Positions 36,453 to 45,283 of a DNA stretch of 64,000 bases are shown piece by piece (within the stretch, counting starts at the first letter, position 1; each line of letters starts with the position of its first letter). Below the pieces are notes generated by a model. The model was not told the origin of the DNA. It made no database searches and saw only the letters and a list, made by a program, of their open reading frames with translations. The translations under genes and the position numbers were made by a program. This DNA is from Anaerolineales bacterium UBA5797. GTDB taxonomy: Bacteria; Chloroflexota; Anaerolineae; Anaerolineales; Villigracilaceae. The stretch covers positions 129,123 through 193,122 of the forward strand of contig DIDP01000008.1 of NCBI GenBank assembly GCA_002418205.1, given 5' to 3'.

Positions 36453-36910
36453 GCGAAGTCAGTTTTCGATTGGCACAACGCCAGGATCTGTCATCCATTG
36501 TCCGCATGCTGGCAGACGATGATCTGGGCAGTCAGCGCGAGCGATACGAAGATCCGCTGCCTGGATCATATTTTTCCGCGTTCGAGCAAATTGAGAATGA
36601 CCCGAACCATGAATTGATCGTGGCTGAGTTGGATGGGGAGGTGGTCGGGACTTTGCATCTCATGTTCCTTCCATCCATCAGTTATCAGGGTGGCTTGCGG
36701 GCGCAAGTCGAGTCTGTGCGCGTAGACAGGAAGCATCAAAACCAGGGAATCGGCAGTGAAATGATGAAGTGGTCTGTTGAACGCGCCCGGGCGCGCGATG
36801 CGCATCTTGTTCAACTGACAACCCACAGGTCCCGCGAAGACGCGCACAGGTTCTATGAACGACTCGGATTCACAAAGTCACATTTGGGAATGAAGTTGAA
36901 TCTCAAATGA
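36449..36910 (+). CDS. GNAT family N-acetyltransferase
   Basis: Start at MSEVSFRLAQ, with an ATGA overlap onto the previous gene. Motif A VRVDRKHQNQGIGSEMM and C-terminal RFYERLGF. Confidence 0.85.
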   Translation: MSEVSFRLAQRQDLSSIVRMLADDDLGSQRERYEDPLPGSYFSAFEQIENDPNHELIVAELDGEVVGTLHLMFLPSISYQGGLRAQVESVRVDRKHQNQGIGSEMMKWSVERARARDAHLVQLTTHRSREDAHRFYERLGFTKSHLGMKLNLK

Positions 36911-37035
36911 TCCTTTTACGGTAAAGAGATAAACGCGCTCCTCATGGAACGCGTTTTCTTATCTGGCGGGGACCTGGCGGCAGGATTCGACATCGTCCCC
37001 TTCAGGGGAATAGCATCCCCGGGGACCAGTGACCG

Positions 37036-37065
37036 AAAAACAAAACACGCCCTACACGGACGTGT
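37036..37065 (-). terminator. Rho-independent terminator after tRNA-Ser(GCU)
   Basis: Minus-strand RNA ACACGUCC-gugua-GGGCGUGU (8 bp, one G-U) followed by UUUGUUUUU. Begins 9 nt after the tRNA 3' end. Confidence 0.7.
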
Positions 37066-37073
37066 TCGTTTCG

Positions 37074-37167
37074 TGGCGGGGAGGACAGGATTCGAACCTG
37101 CGACCGAGGATTTCGCCCCGGTAACCGCTTAGCAGGCGGCCCCATTCGACCACTCTGGCACCTCCCC
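37074..37167 (-). tRNA. tRNA-Ser (anticodon GCU), class II with long variable arm, CCA encoded
   Basis: Hand-folded sequence: GGGGAGG-TG-CCAG..ATGG-G-GCCGC-CTGCTAA-GCGGT-long arm-GCAGGTTCGAATCCTGT-CCTCCCC-G-CCA. Acceptor 7 bp, anticodon loop CU-GCU-AA, T-loop TTCGAAT. Confidence 0.95.
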
Positions 37168-37245
37168 AATGATGTTTGAAGGTGCAAGGTTTACAGGTTG
37201 GCTTGTTCGTAACTTTATACCTTCAACCTGGTAACCTGCAACCGA

Positions 37246-37333
37246 TGGCGGAGGGAGTGGGATTCGAACCCACGTTGGTGTGACCCAAACATGTTTTCAA
37301 GACATGCGCCTTCAGCCGCTCGGCCATCCCTCC
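37246..37333 (-). tRNA. tRNA-Ser (anticodon UGA), class II, CCA encoded
   Basis: Hand-folded sequence: GGAGGGA-TG-GCCG..AGGC-G-CATGT-CTTGAAA-ACATG-variable arm-GTGGGTTCGAATCCCAC-TCCCTCC-G-CCA. Confidence 0.95.
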
Positions 37334-37368
37334 AAATCGATTCCGAATTCACCCGAGAGGCGGACGTC

Positions 37369-37377
37369 ATTTTACCA
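37369..37377 (-). promoter_or_regulatory. Candidate extended -10 promoter (TGgTAAAAT) for the tRNA-Ser pair
   Basis: The minus strand reads ATGGTAAAATGACG about 35 nt upstream of the tRNA-Ser(UGA) 5' end. No convincing -35 box. Confidence 0.35.
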
Positions 37378-37441
37378 TAAGAAAGGCAAGGAAACAGTTC
37401 ATTTGTGTAGATTCATACAGTATGTAAAGAATGTTTTTTCT

Positions 37442-38506
37442 TTAACTCCCAAGTAGCCGAACGATTGTAGCTGCAGAATGGCCGTTGCCAAACAGTTCAG
37501 GCTGCCGGTCGGCGAGTGGAAAGGTATGCTTTAAACCACCCAATATTTTCTCGAGATCGATGCCTACCAACAGATTCCATCCGCTCTGGATAGTCTCCAC
37601 CCATTCGGTCTCCGGGCGCAGTGTCAGGCAGGGAACGGCAAAAAAATACGCCTCCTTCTGGATTCCTCCCGAGTCGGTAAGGATCATCCGGGCATTCTGC
37701 TCTAGCATGAGCATGTCAAGATAATCCACTGGATCGATGAGAAACAAGTTCTTTTGAATAGAACTCTCAAGATCGTACTCTTTCAACTTCTGCAGGGTAC
37801 GTGGATGGACCGGGAATACGATAGTTTCCTTGACAGCTTGCAGCACTGAAAGAATGGTCTTTAAAGCTGCAGGATCATCGGTATTGTAGGCGCGATGAAT
37901 TGTGACTAGGATGTAGCATCCCCTCTGCAGCCCCAGCTTTTTTACAATGTTTGACCGTTCCTTGGCTTTTTGCGAGAACATCAGGACAGCATCATACATT
38001 GGGTCGCCTACTTCATGCACCCCTCTGGTCAAACCCTCCTTTGTAAGGTTTTCCACCGCTGTCTTGGTTGGGCATAGCAGTAGGTCCGCACAATGATCCG
38101 TCAGGATGCGATTATGCTCCTCGGGCATCCTACGGTTATGTGAGCGCAGGCCGGCTTCAACATGGGCAAGTGGAATATGGATCTTCACTGCCGCCAAAGC
38201 ACCTGCCAGTGTGGAATTTGTATCCCCATATACCACAACCCAATCCGGCTTTTCTGCAAGTAAAACTGCTTCGATCCCTTCCAGCATTCGTCCCGTCTGT
38301 GCCCCATGTTCTCCAGAGCGAACATCCAGATTGATATCCGGCGCGGGCAGACCGAGCCCTTCAAAAAAAACCTGCGACATGCCGTGGTCATAATGCTGGC
38401 CGGTATGCAATAAGAATTCTGTATGCCCGGCCTTGCGCAAAGCTTTGCTTACCGGAGCGGCTTTGATAAATTGTGGACGGGCACCAACGACTGTGACTAC
38501 TTTCAC
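37442..38506 (-). CDS. wecB: UDP-N-acetylglucosamine 2-epimerase (non-hydrolysing; WecB/WbpI-like)
   Basis: 354-aa ORF with a GTG start overlapping the upstream stop (GTGA). MKVVTVVGARPQFIKAAPV...HTGQHYD...DSGGIQKEA. Confidence 0.9.
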   Translation of the reverse strand: MKVVTVVGARPQFIKAAPVSKALRKAGHTEFLLHTGQHYDHGMSQVFFEGLGLPAPDINLDVRSGEHGAQTGRMLEGIEAVLLAEKPDWVVVYGDTNSTLAGALAAVKIHIPLAHVEAGLRSHNRRMPEEHNRILTDHCADLLLCPTKTAVENLTKEGLTRGVHEVGDPMYDAVLMFSQKAKERSNIVKKLGLQRGCYILVTIHRAYNTDDPAALKTILSVLQAVKETIVFPVHPRTLQKLKEYDLESSIQKNLFLIDPVDYLDMLMLEQNARMILTDSGGIQKEAYFFAVPCLTLRPETEWVETIQSGWNLLVGIDLEKILGGLKHTFPLADRQPELFGNGHSAATIVRLLGS

Positions 38507-39612
38507 GCCCGTACCTCTTCTAATATGCGCTGGATATGATCCGTGACAGAATCCAGTTGTGCCTCACTCATTTCAGGATAGAGAGGCAGGCTCAGAACTT
38601 GGCGGCTGGCCTGCTCGGCTGCAGGGAAATCCCCGGGCTGGTAGCCGAACTGGCGGCAAGGATCTGTCAGGTGAAGCGGCTGGGGATAATAAACTTCCGA
38701 TGCGATGCCGTTACTCTTTAACCCGCTCTGGACTCGATCCCGCTCTGCAAATCGAACAGTGTACAGATGATAGACGTGCCTGACGTCTTCCATTTCCCGG
38801 GGCGTGACGATCCGCATCTCAAAAAAACGCTCGTTGTACTGGGAAGCGAGCATACGCCGCCGAAGGTTCCATTCGTCCACATAGTGCAGTTTGACACACA
38901 AGATGGCCGCCTGCAGTTCGTCCAGGCGGCTGTTATAGCCAAGCATTTCGGGAAAATATTTTTTCCTCCACCCATGAGTTCGCAGAATGCGTACCTTGGC
39001 CGCCAGTTCATCGTCATTGGTGATCACCATGCCGCCGTCGCCATAGCCGCCCAGGTTTTTGGTAGGGAAAAAACTGAGACAGCCAATATCGCCTAGGCTG
39101 GCTGTTTTCCTTTCCCGGTATTCAGCACCAAAGGCCTGGGCATTATCCTCGATGACTTTCAATCCATGCATGCGGGCGATATCGAGCAAGGTGGACATCT
39201 CCGCGGGATGACCATATAAATGCACAGGGATGATGGCTTTCGTACTGGATGTGATCCTGTCGACAACTTGGGTCTCGTCCAAGCAATAGGTATCGGGCTT
39301 GATATCGACAAACACGGGCCTAGCGCCTGTCAGCATTACCGCACCGGCGGTGGCAAAAAAACTGTAAGAGGGAACGATCACCTCGTCCCCAGGACCAATG
39401 TTTAGCGCCCGCAGAGCGATCACAAGCGCGTCGGTACCTGAGGCAACTCCGACTGCGTGTTTGGCTCCCAGGTAGGTCCCGACCTCGTGCTCCAATAAAG
39501 TGACATTAGACCCCAGGATGAAATGTCCGTCTTCGAGAACCTGATGAATAGCAGCGTCGATTTCAGATTGAATAGAACGATACTGGGCAACCAAATCAAC
39601 GAGTGGAATCAT
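38503..39612 (-). CDS. DegT/DnrJ/EryC1/StrS family PLP aminotransferase (WbpE-like)
   Basis: 369-aa ORF with typical motifs (IPLVDL, GDEVIVPSYSFFATA, SFFPTKNLGGYGDGG with the PLP Lys). ATGA overlap with the upstream gene. Confidence 0.9.
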   Translation of the reverse strand: MIPLVDLVAQYRSIQSEIDAAIHQVLEDGHFILGSNVTLLEHEVGTYLGAKHAVGVASGTDALVIALRALNIGPGDEVIVPSYSFFATAGAVMLTGARPVFVDIKPDTYCLDETQVVDRITSSTKAIIPVHLYGHPAEMSTLLDIARMHGLKVIEDNAQAFGAEYRERKTASLGDIGCLSFFPTKNLGGYGDGGMVITNDDELAAKVRILRTHGWRKKYFPEMLGYNSRLDELQAAILCVKLHYVDEWNLRRRMLASQYNERFFEMRIVTPREMEDVRHVYHLYTVRFAERDRVQSGLKSNGIASEVYYPQPLHLTDPCRQFGYQPGDFPAAEQASRQVLSLPLYPEMSEAQLDSVTDHIQRILEEVRA

Positions 39613-40202
39613 GTAGTCTCTCCTAGGAGCGAGACAGTTGCCCCGTTCTTTTTATATTGCTGTCCGCAAGCCTCACAGCTGGCGATACCGGATCCTTCAT
39701 CCCGAGAAAAGCTCAACTCGATTCCGCACTGACATATCCAGCCCTTGATGCGGGCCGGGTTACCGTAGACCAGGGCATAATTCGGAACGTCGCGTGTGAC
39801 GACCGCCCCGGCCCCAATAAAACAATAACGACCCAGTGTTATACCGCACAGGATAGTCGCATTCGCGCCAATGCTAGCCCCCTTCTTGACCAAAGTGGTC
39901 TTGTATTCATTCTTTCGATTTACATGACTGCGTGGGTTGACTACATTAGTGAAAACCATGGACGGACCCAGAAACACATCATCTTCCACGATTACGCCGG
40001 TATACAGCGAGACATTGTTCTGAATTTTCACATTGTTACCAATCTGCACATCGGCGGCAACAAAAACATTTTGCCCGATGATGCAGCGTTCGCCAATCCT
40101 GGCATTGGACATTACGTGGCAGAAGTGCCAGATGCGGGTGCCTGCCCCTACCCGGGCGTCTTTATCCACATAACTGGAAGCATGCACAAAGGGTTCAGTC
40201 AT
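39609..40202 (-). CDS. Hexapeptide-repeat N-acetyltransferase (WbpD/WlbB-like)
   Basis: Left-handed beta-helix repeats and the WbpD-like core IWHFCHV...IGQNV...VKIQNNVSLY...VFTNVVNPRS...GANATILCG. Start re-picked at MTEPFVHA (40202), giving an 8-nt overlap ATGACTGA with the upstream stop. Confidence 0.85.
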   Translation of the reverse strand: MTEPFVHASSYVDKDARVGAGTRIWHFCHVMSNARIGERCIIGQNVFVAADVQIGNNVKIQNNVSLYTGVIVEDDVFLGPSMVFTNVVNPRSHVNRKNEYKTTLVKKGASIGANATILCGITLGRYCFIGAGAVVTRDVPNYALVYGNPARIKGWICQCGIELSFSRDEGSGIASCEACGQQYKKNGATVSLLGETT

Positions 40203-41193
40203 GGATGCTCTTGAGTTTTTCTGCTGCTGGGTGGAATCTGCCAATTCCGGATCGAAGAATCGGATGAGCTAAAGTGTCCAAAGGCGAAATCGCTGCAGCG
40301 CGGATATCGTGGGTCAAAATGATGGAAGGTCGCGCCTCCTCGATCCGAAACCCCCGACCGGCGAGAGTCTCTTCATAGACACGCGTATGCAAATCCGCGA
40401 ACCCTCCGGAAAATTCCACTTCCTTTCCGTCCACGGTGATCGAGCGATACGTGTTACTTCCCTTGGGAGCTTGTACCATCGCCAGGTCATCAGGATCCAC
40501 GGAAAGGAACCAGCTGACCCGGGCACGCTGCAATTCAACGAAACCTGACATCCGATATGCATCAGAGTGGTATAAACGAATATCTTCGGCGACTCCAAAC
40601 AACCATATGAGTAGATCGAAAAAGTGGATGCCGATATTGGTTGCCACACCGCCGGATTTTTCTACCTGCCCCTTCCATGAGCTTTGATACCAGTTGCCTC
40701 TTCCTGTTATATAGGTCAGCATCACCTCATGCTGCCTGACCTGCTCCAAAGCCAGGCTCTGCTTTAGCCGAATCAGCTCAGGATGGACACGTAATTGCAG
40801 CACCGTATGGATGCGATGACCGGTTTCCTGTTCCAGATCCTGCAAGGCATCCAGGTTCCAGGGGTTGATCACCAACGGCTTTTCACAAATCACATCCGCC
40901 CCCAGCCGTAATCCCAGGCGACAATGCGCATCGTGAAGATAATTGGGTGAGCAGACAGTGAGATAGTCCAAGCGTTCGTCCACCGGACCGCGGCGCAACT
41001 TTTCCAGATGGCGGTCGAACCTTTCGATCTCTGTGAAGAATTTTATGTTGAAGTCGTATTGGTCCAATACCCCGACAGAGTCCTTGGGATCCACTGCGGC
41101 GATCAGCCGGTTCCCGGTATGTTGTATCGCTTTAAGATGCCGAGGGGCAATATAGCCCCCGGCGCCGACAATTGCAAAATTCTTTGATTTCAT
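40195..41193 (-). CDS. Gfo/Idh/MocA family NAD-dependent oxidoreductase (WbpB-like sugar 3-dehydrogenase)
   Basis: 332-aa ORF. N-terminal Rossmann fold FAIVGAGGYIAPRHLKAI and the EKPL motif (VICEKPLV). Confidence 0.85.
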   Translation of the reverse strand: MKSKNFAIVGAGGYIAPRHLKAIQHTGNRLIAAVDPKDSVGVLDQYDFNIKFFTEIERFDRHLEKLRRGPVDERLDYLTVCSPNYLHDAHCRLGLRLGADVICEKPLVINPWNLDALQDLEQETGHRIHTVLQLRVHPELIRLKQSLALEQVRQHEVMLTYITGRGNWYQSSWKGQVEKSGGVATNIGIHFFDLLIWLFGVAEDIRLYHSDAYRMSGFVELQRARVSWFLSVDPDDLAMVQAPKGSNTYRSITVDGKEVEFSGGFADLHTRVYEETLAGRGFRIEEARPSIILTHDIRAAAISPLDTLAHPILRSGIGRFHPAAEKLKSIHD

Positions 41194-41260
41194 GATATCA
41201 CCGAGTTCCGATTATAACCGGGAGTGCGTAGTAGAGTCGGATTCGTGCGTGCTCATAATC

Positions 41261-41269
41261 GTTGATATA
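41261..41269 (+). promoter_or_regulatory. Candidate extended -10 promoter (TGaTATAAT) for the membrane protein/SDR/GT2 operon
   Basis: TGATATAAT at 41261..41269, about 27 nt upstream of the first ATG (41296), in the divergent intergenic region. Confidence 0.45.
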
Positions 41270-41295
41270 ATGCATCAATTTGTTTTTTGACAAAT

Positions 41296-43320
41296 ATGCT
41301 CAGGCTGTACAACATGGATATGAGTATTCAAAACATCGAAGCGGATAAAGATGATGGACTGATTCCCATCTGGGTAAAACTCGCGGCAACAATTTCCGCG
41401 CTAAGCACCGGAGCCATCTTTGTCCTTGCATTGTTAAGTGCCCAGGAGGCGCTTTTTGGCATCCCGACCGGGCTGATCTCTGCGCTTTCCTTTGGGTCCA
41501 TGTTGTTTTCATTTGCTGTCGTAGCCGTTTTTTGGTTCTTTCCCAATCATCCGTTCCCCATCTTCATTTACTGGCTGATCAGGTTTTTCAGGGAGCTGCT
41601 CTGTGTATTTGCTCTACTGGGGATCGTTACGCTACTAACGGTCCGGATTCCACTAGCTTCCCTGCGCGGAGGCATTCCTTTTATCGATTTGCTTCTTTTA
41701 TTTTTTGTGGGCTTATTTCTTCAACCTGTAAAACTGGATCATTTCCCGCTTCCCTGGATGGAGCACTTTTTTATTTTCTGGAAAAAGGCGGTTCAAAAAA
41801 TAAATTCGGTCCCGGCCTGGATCCCGGGGATCATCGTTGCATTTCTTCCAATTGTGATCATTTGCTTGGTAATCTACCTGGGATTGGGTGCGCGCCTGTC
41901 GGACTATGGTCCCAAGTCCTTTTGGAATGATGAGTTAAGTTATTGGATTTGGCTCCGGTCTTTTAGCCAGGCGGGTTTTAATTCCGGTTACAATGCCCCC
42001 AATGAATTGCTGGCCCGTGCTCCATTCAATCATTATGGGGAAGGCAGTCCCCTCTATATTTACCTGTACGGTGCAATCGCTCAACTGACAGGCTGGCTTC
42101 CGCAGCTTCCCCTTCTCATCAATTTTGTGATTCTTGTCCTAGCGATCTTTTGTTTTGTTCACACTACCGGACTTGATTCCGTACAGATTATCTTTGTAGG
42201 TCTCGTCGCCGTCTTGATCTGGCCTATTTTGTTGTATCTCCCCATGACCACCCATGAGACATTAAATCAGGCAATTGGGTTTATCCTCGCAATCATATTT
42301 TTTCGCTTTCTTACCAACCGTGAAAAGGTCAGGCTGCCTGCACGCATCCTTTTTGTTTTCTTGGTTTTTCTGGCAGCCCTGTTCCGTTTATCGTGGGGAT
42401 TGTTTCTCGTGCCGGTTCTGTTTTATTCCCTGAATGGTAGACTTCTCCGCCGCGTTCTTTTGTCAGTTGTTCTGGGAGTGGGCCTCTACATTTTGGCGGT
42501 TCTGATCACGAACTACCTTGTTCCACCCGTTAACAACTCGATCTTTCAGAATTTACATGGCAGTCTCACTGATGGCCCTCGAGTCTTGATTGACTACATA
42601 GCCTTCCAGCTCAAGCGGATGTTCAAGTTCAAGCAGTTGAATCCGAATATCGCCATCATGCTCCAAATCCTGATCATCTTGGGCTGGAACATGAGCCGAG
42701 TGATCCGAATGATAAGGTCAAGGCTTTCGGCCGAATCCATTTTAGGATCCCGGGCTGTGTTGGACATGTATAATGTTGTTTCCCTGACAGCCGCCGGCTT
42801 CCTGTTTTACATCCAGGAAGCTTTTTATCGCACATTTACCCCATCCTTATTAATTGTGTATTTGCTGCAGGCGGCAAAAAAAGATTACCGAATGCTTCTA
42901 TCACTGCTGGCGATCAATATCGTATTTTTCCATTCTTATATGAGCTTCTATGCCCACACGGGGGACGCCGCCATCATCAAGGCAGATTTTGCTAACGGGT
43001 CTTTAGAGGACGCGCAAGTGCAGGCAGAGATTGCAAAGTGGATCACCTTCAATGAAACCAACCAAAATCCATGGTGCAACACTTTGCTTATTCCATTACA
43101 TTTTTATGATCATCGATTGACCATGATTCCTCCCGGAATCGGCATTTCTTATATTTTAGACGCGGATAATATGCAGACACCTGTAAAATCGAAGTACCTG
43201 TTGATGAACCGGGAAGCACGCGATTTGTTGGGTGACCGCCTGCATACGAGACTTTTAGGCTCCTTCTCCATTGGAAATCTCTACTATAACCTGGATTCAG
43301 GTTGTAAGTTGACTCAATAA
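41296..43320 (+). CDS. Large polytopic membrane protein, putative GT-C-type glycosyltransferase or glycan polymerase
   Basis: About 675-aa ORF (track start is TTG 41287; first ATG is 41296; start uncertain, no SD). More than 12 hydrophobic helices. The loop motif FWNDELSYWIWLRSF resembles the DE motif of PMT/ArnT-type enzymes. More AT-rich than its neighbours by eye. Confidence 0.65.
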   Translation: MLRLYNMDMSIQNIEADKDDGLIPIWVKLAATISALSTGAIFVLALLSAQEALFGIPTGLISALSFGSMLFSFAVVAVFWFFPNHPFPIFIYWLIRFFRELLCVFALLGIVTLLTVRIPLASLRGGIPFIDLLLLFFVGLFLQPVKLDHFPLPWMEHFFIFWKKAVQKINSVPAWIPGIIVAFLPIVIICLVIYLGLGARLSDYGPKSFWNDELSYWIWLRSFSQAGFNSGYNAPNELLARAPFNHYGEGSPLYIYLYGAIAQLTGWLPQLPLLINFVILVLAIFCFVHTTGLDSVQIIFVGLVAVLIWPILLYLPMTTHETLNQAIGFILAIIFFRFLTNREKVRLPARILFVFLVFLAALFRLSWGLFLVPVLFYSLNGRLLRRVLLSVVLGVGLYILAVLITNYLVPPVNNSIFQNLHGSLTDGPRVLIDYIAFQLKRMFKFKQLNPNIAIMLQILIILGWNMSRVIRMIRSRLSAESILGSRAVLDMYNVVSLTAAGFLFYIQEAFYRTFTPSLLIVYLLQAAKKDYRMLLSLLAINIVFFHSYMSFYAHTGDAAIIKADFANGSLEDAQVQAEIAKWITFNETNQNPWCNTLLIPLHFYDHRLTMIPPGIGISYILDADNMQTPVKSKYLLMNREARDLLGDRLHTRLLGSFSIGNLYYNLDSGCKLTQ

Positions 43321-43338
43321 ACATTGCAAAGGTGCGTT

Positions 43339-44355
43339 ATGGAAATATTGATCACAGGAGTGGCAGGTTTTATCGGATCGAACCTGTCAAAAGGATTGCT
43401 CGAAAGGGGACACTCGGTGGTGGGCTTGGACAACCTCTCCCAGGGATTCCTCCTGAATATCGAGGAGTTCAAAGATCATCCGAAATTCCAATTTGTCGAG
43501 GGAGATGTTCGGGATGACCGTGTTTTGGATGAAATTGCCACCGGATGCGATCTGGTGATCCATCTTGCTGCGTTTAAGATTCCCCGTTATAGCGATGCAT
43601 TGGACACACTGCTGATTAATTCGATGGGCACAAAGGTAGTCCTGGATGCAGCGGTTAAGAACAAGGTTGCCAAGGTCATGATCGCCTCGACCTCGGATGT
43701 ATATGGCAAGAATCCAGCTGTGCCCTTTTCGGAAGACTCTGATCTAGTAATTGGCCGGCCGGAGGTCAAGCGCTGGTCTTATGCAATCTCCAAAATGTTT
43801 GAGGAGCAACTGGTCTTTGGTTACCATGAGCGACATGGAATCCATGCTGTTGCCTTGCGTTTCTTCGGTGGATACGGACCCAACCAGCATCTGACGTGGT
43901 GGGGAGGTCCCCAGTCGGTGTTCATCAGCGCCGCCCTCGACGATGAGCCGATCACATTGCACGGGGATGGGATGCAGACCCGCTCCTTTACATACATCAG
44001 CGATCACGTTGACGGGATCATTGCCTGCGCTGAAAAGGATGATGCAAATAACCAGGTATTCAATATCGGCAATACAAATGAGATCACGATCAGGGACCTT
44101 GGGATGAAAATCTGGAAAATGATTCGGCCAGACAGCAAGCCCAAGCTGTCTCTGATCCCATACGAGACCTTTGGTAAATATGAAGATGTTCAACGGCGGA
44201 TACCGAACATTGAGAAGGCGCATACTTTGCTTGGCTTTAAGCCTAAGGTGGATCTGGATGCCGGGTTAAGGAAAACGATCCTGTGGCAGGTCCAACGCCG
44301 GCGGGCGCTTGGCATGGAAACGCCTGATGTCCCGATTGAGAGATCGCTTCCATGA
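43339..44355 (+). CDS. NAD-dependent epimerase/dehydratase (extended SDR, UDP-glucuronate decarboxylase-like)
   Basis: Start at MEILITGVAGFIGSNL (GxxGxxG). Catalytic YAISK. The track start is TTG 43324. Confidence 0.9.
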   Translation: MEILITGVAGFIGSNLSKGLLERGHSVVGLDNLSQGFLLNIEEFKDHPKFQFVEGDVRDDRVLDEIATGCDLVIHLAAFKIPRYSDALDTLLINSMGTKVVLDAAVKNKVAKVMIASTSDVYGKNPAVPFSEDSDLVIGRPEVKRWSYAISKMFEEQLVFGYHERHGIHAVALRFFGGYGPNQHLTWWGGPQSVFISAALDDEPITLHGDGMQTRSFTYISDHVDGIIACAEKDDANNQVFNIGNTNEITIRDLGMKIWKMIRPDSKPKLSLIPYETFGKYEDVQRRIPNIEKAHTLLGFKPKVDLDAGLRKTILWQVQRRRALGMETPDVPIERSLP

Positions 44356-45140
44356 ACAAATTGTTTGTCTTGATTCCCATTCTCAACGAAGCGGGAAATA
44401 TTGTCAGGCTTCTGGATGGCCTGAGGAATCTGTCCACGGAGTTGCAAAACAAATGGGATGTCCAGGTTGTATTGGTGGATGACGGCAGCCGAGATCAGAC
44501 TTCCTCGCTCGCACAGCAAACAGCCAAGGATACAGGCCTCCGATTAACTGTGCTCAAGCACGAGACGAACCATGGTCCTGGCAAGGCATTTGCCACGGGA
44601 TTTAGTCACCTTGCTACTGCCCTTGGCAAAGATGACCTGGTGGTGACCATGGAAGGGGACAACACCTCCCGGCTGGAATTGGTCAAGCAGATGCTGGTTC
44701 GCATGAATGAGGGCTATGATTTTGTTCTTGCAAGCCCGTATATGTACGGAGGCAAGATCATAAATACCTCAGCCTACCGGATTTTTCTCAGCAGCGTTGC
44801 CAATCTATTTATTAAGGAATTTCTCGGCATTCATGGTATCCTGACCGTCAGTTCCTTCTTTCGCCTCTATCGATCGACTGCATTAAGAAGGCTACAGGAT
44901 GTTTACGGATCTGGTATTGTCGAACGAACCGGATTTGAATGCATGGTCGAGATGATCATGAAGATCATGTATTTACAGATGACCATCTCGGAAGTGCCAA
45001 TGATTCTGGATACCCATGTCCGGGTGGGGAAGAGCAGGATGAAGATCATGAAGACGATCCGGGGCTACTTTAATCTGTGGTTTTATAGAAAGAGATGGCT
45101 TGAAATGGCGGCCCGCCAGAAAAAAGGCCTCCTTGAATAG
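44352..45140 (+). CDS. Family 2 glycosyltransferase, polyprenol-phosphate sugar synthase (DPM1/ArnC-like)
   Basis: 262-aa ORF with an ATGA overlap onto the SDR gene. VLIPILNEAGNI...VVLVDDGSRDQT...MEGDN (DxD-type). Confidence 0.85.
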   Translation: MNKLFVLIPILNEAGNIVRLLDGLRNLSTELQNKWDVQVVLVDDGSRDQTSSLAQQTAKDTGLRLTVLKHETNHGPGKAFATGFSHLATALGKDDLVVTMEGDNTSRLELVKQMLVRMNEGYDFVLASPYMYGGKIINTSAYRIFLSSVANLFIKEFLGIHGILTVSSFFRLYRSTALRRLQDVYGSGIVERTGFECMVEMIMKIMYLQMTISEVPMILDTHVRVGKSRMKIMKTIRGYFNLWFYRKRWLEMAARQKKGLLE

Positions 45141-45265
45141 CGCCAGTACATGAATAACTGTCAACAAATCTTGAGATGAGCCTATTCATGCACTTCGCAT
45201 CTCAAATCTGCTGGCTTAAAACCTCTTTAATCCCAGCTCCCGACCAGCATGAATCCTGACACACT

Positions 45266-45274
45266 TGGTATAAT
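45266..45274 (+). promoter_or_regulatory. Extended -10 promoter (TGgTATAAT) placed for near-leaderless miaB transcription
   Basis: TGGTATAAT at 45266..45274, then 9 nt (TCACCCCCT) with no SD, then ATG at 45284. Confidence 0.45.
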
Positions 45275-45283
45275 TCACCCCCT

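Noticed and set aside
36944-37187. Track ORFs 36944..37132 (+) and 37002..37187 (-).
   Set aside because: They overlap tRNA-Ser(GCU) and its terminator, so they are spurious.
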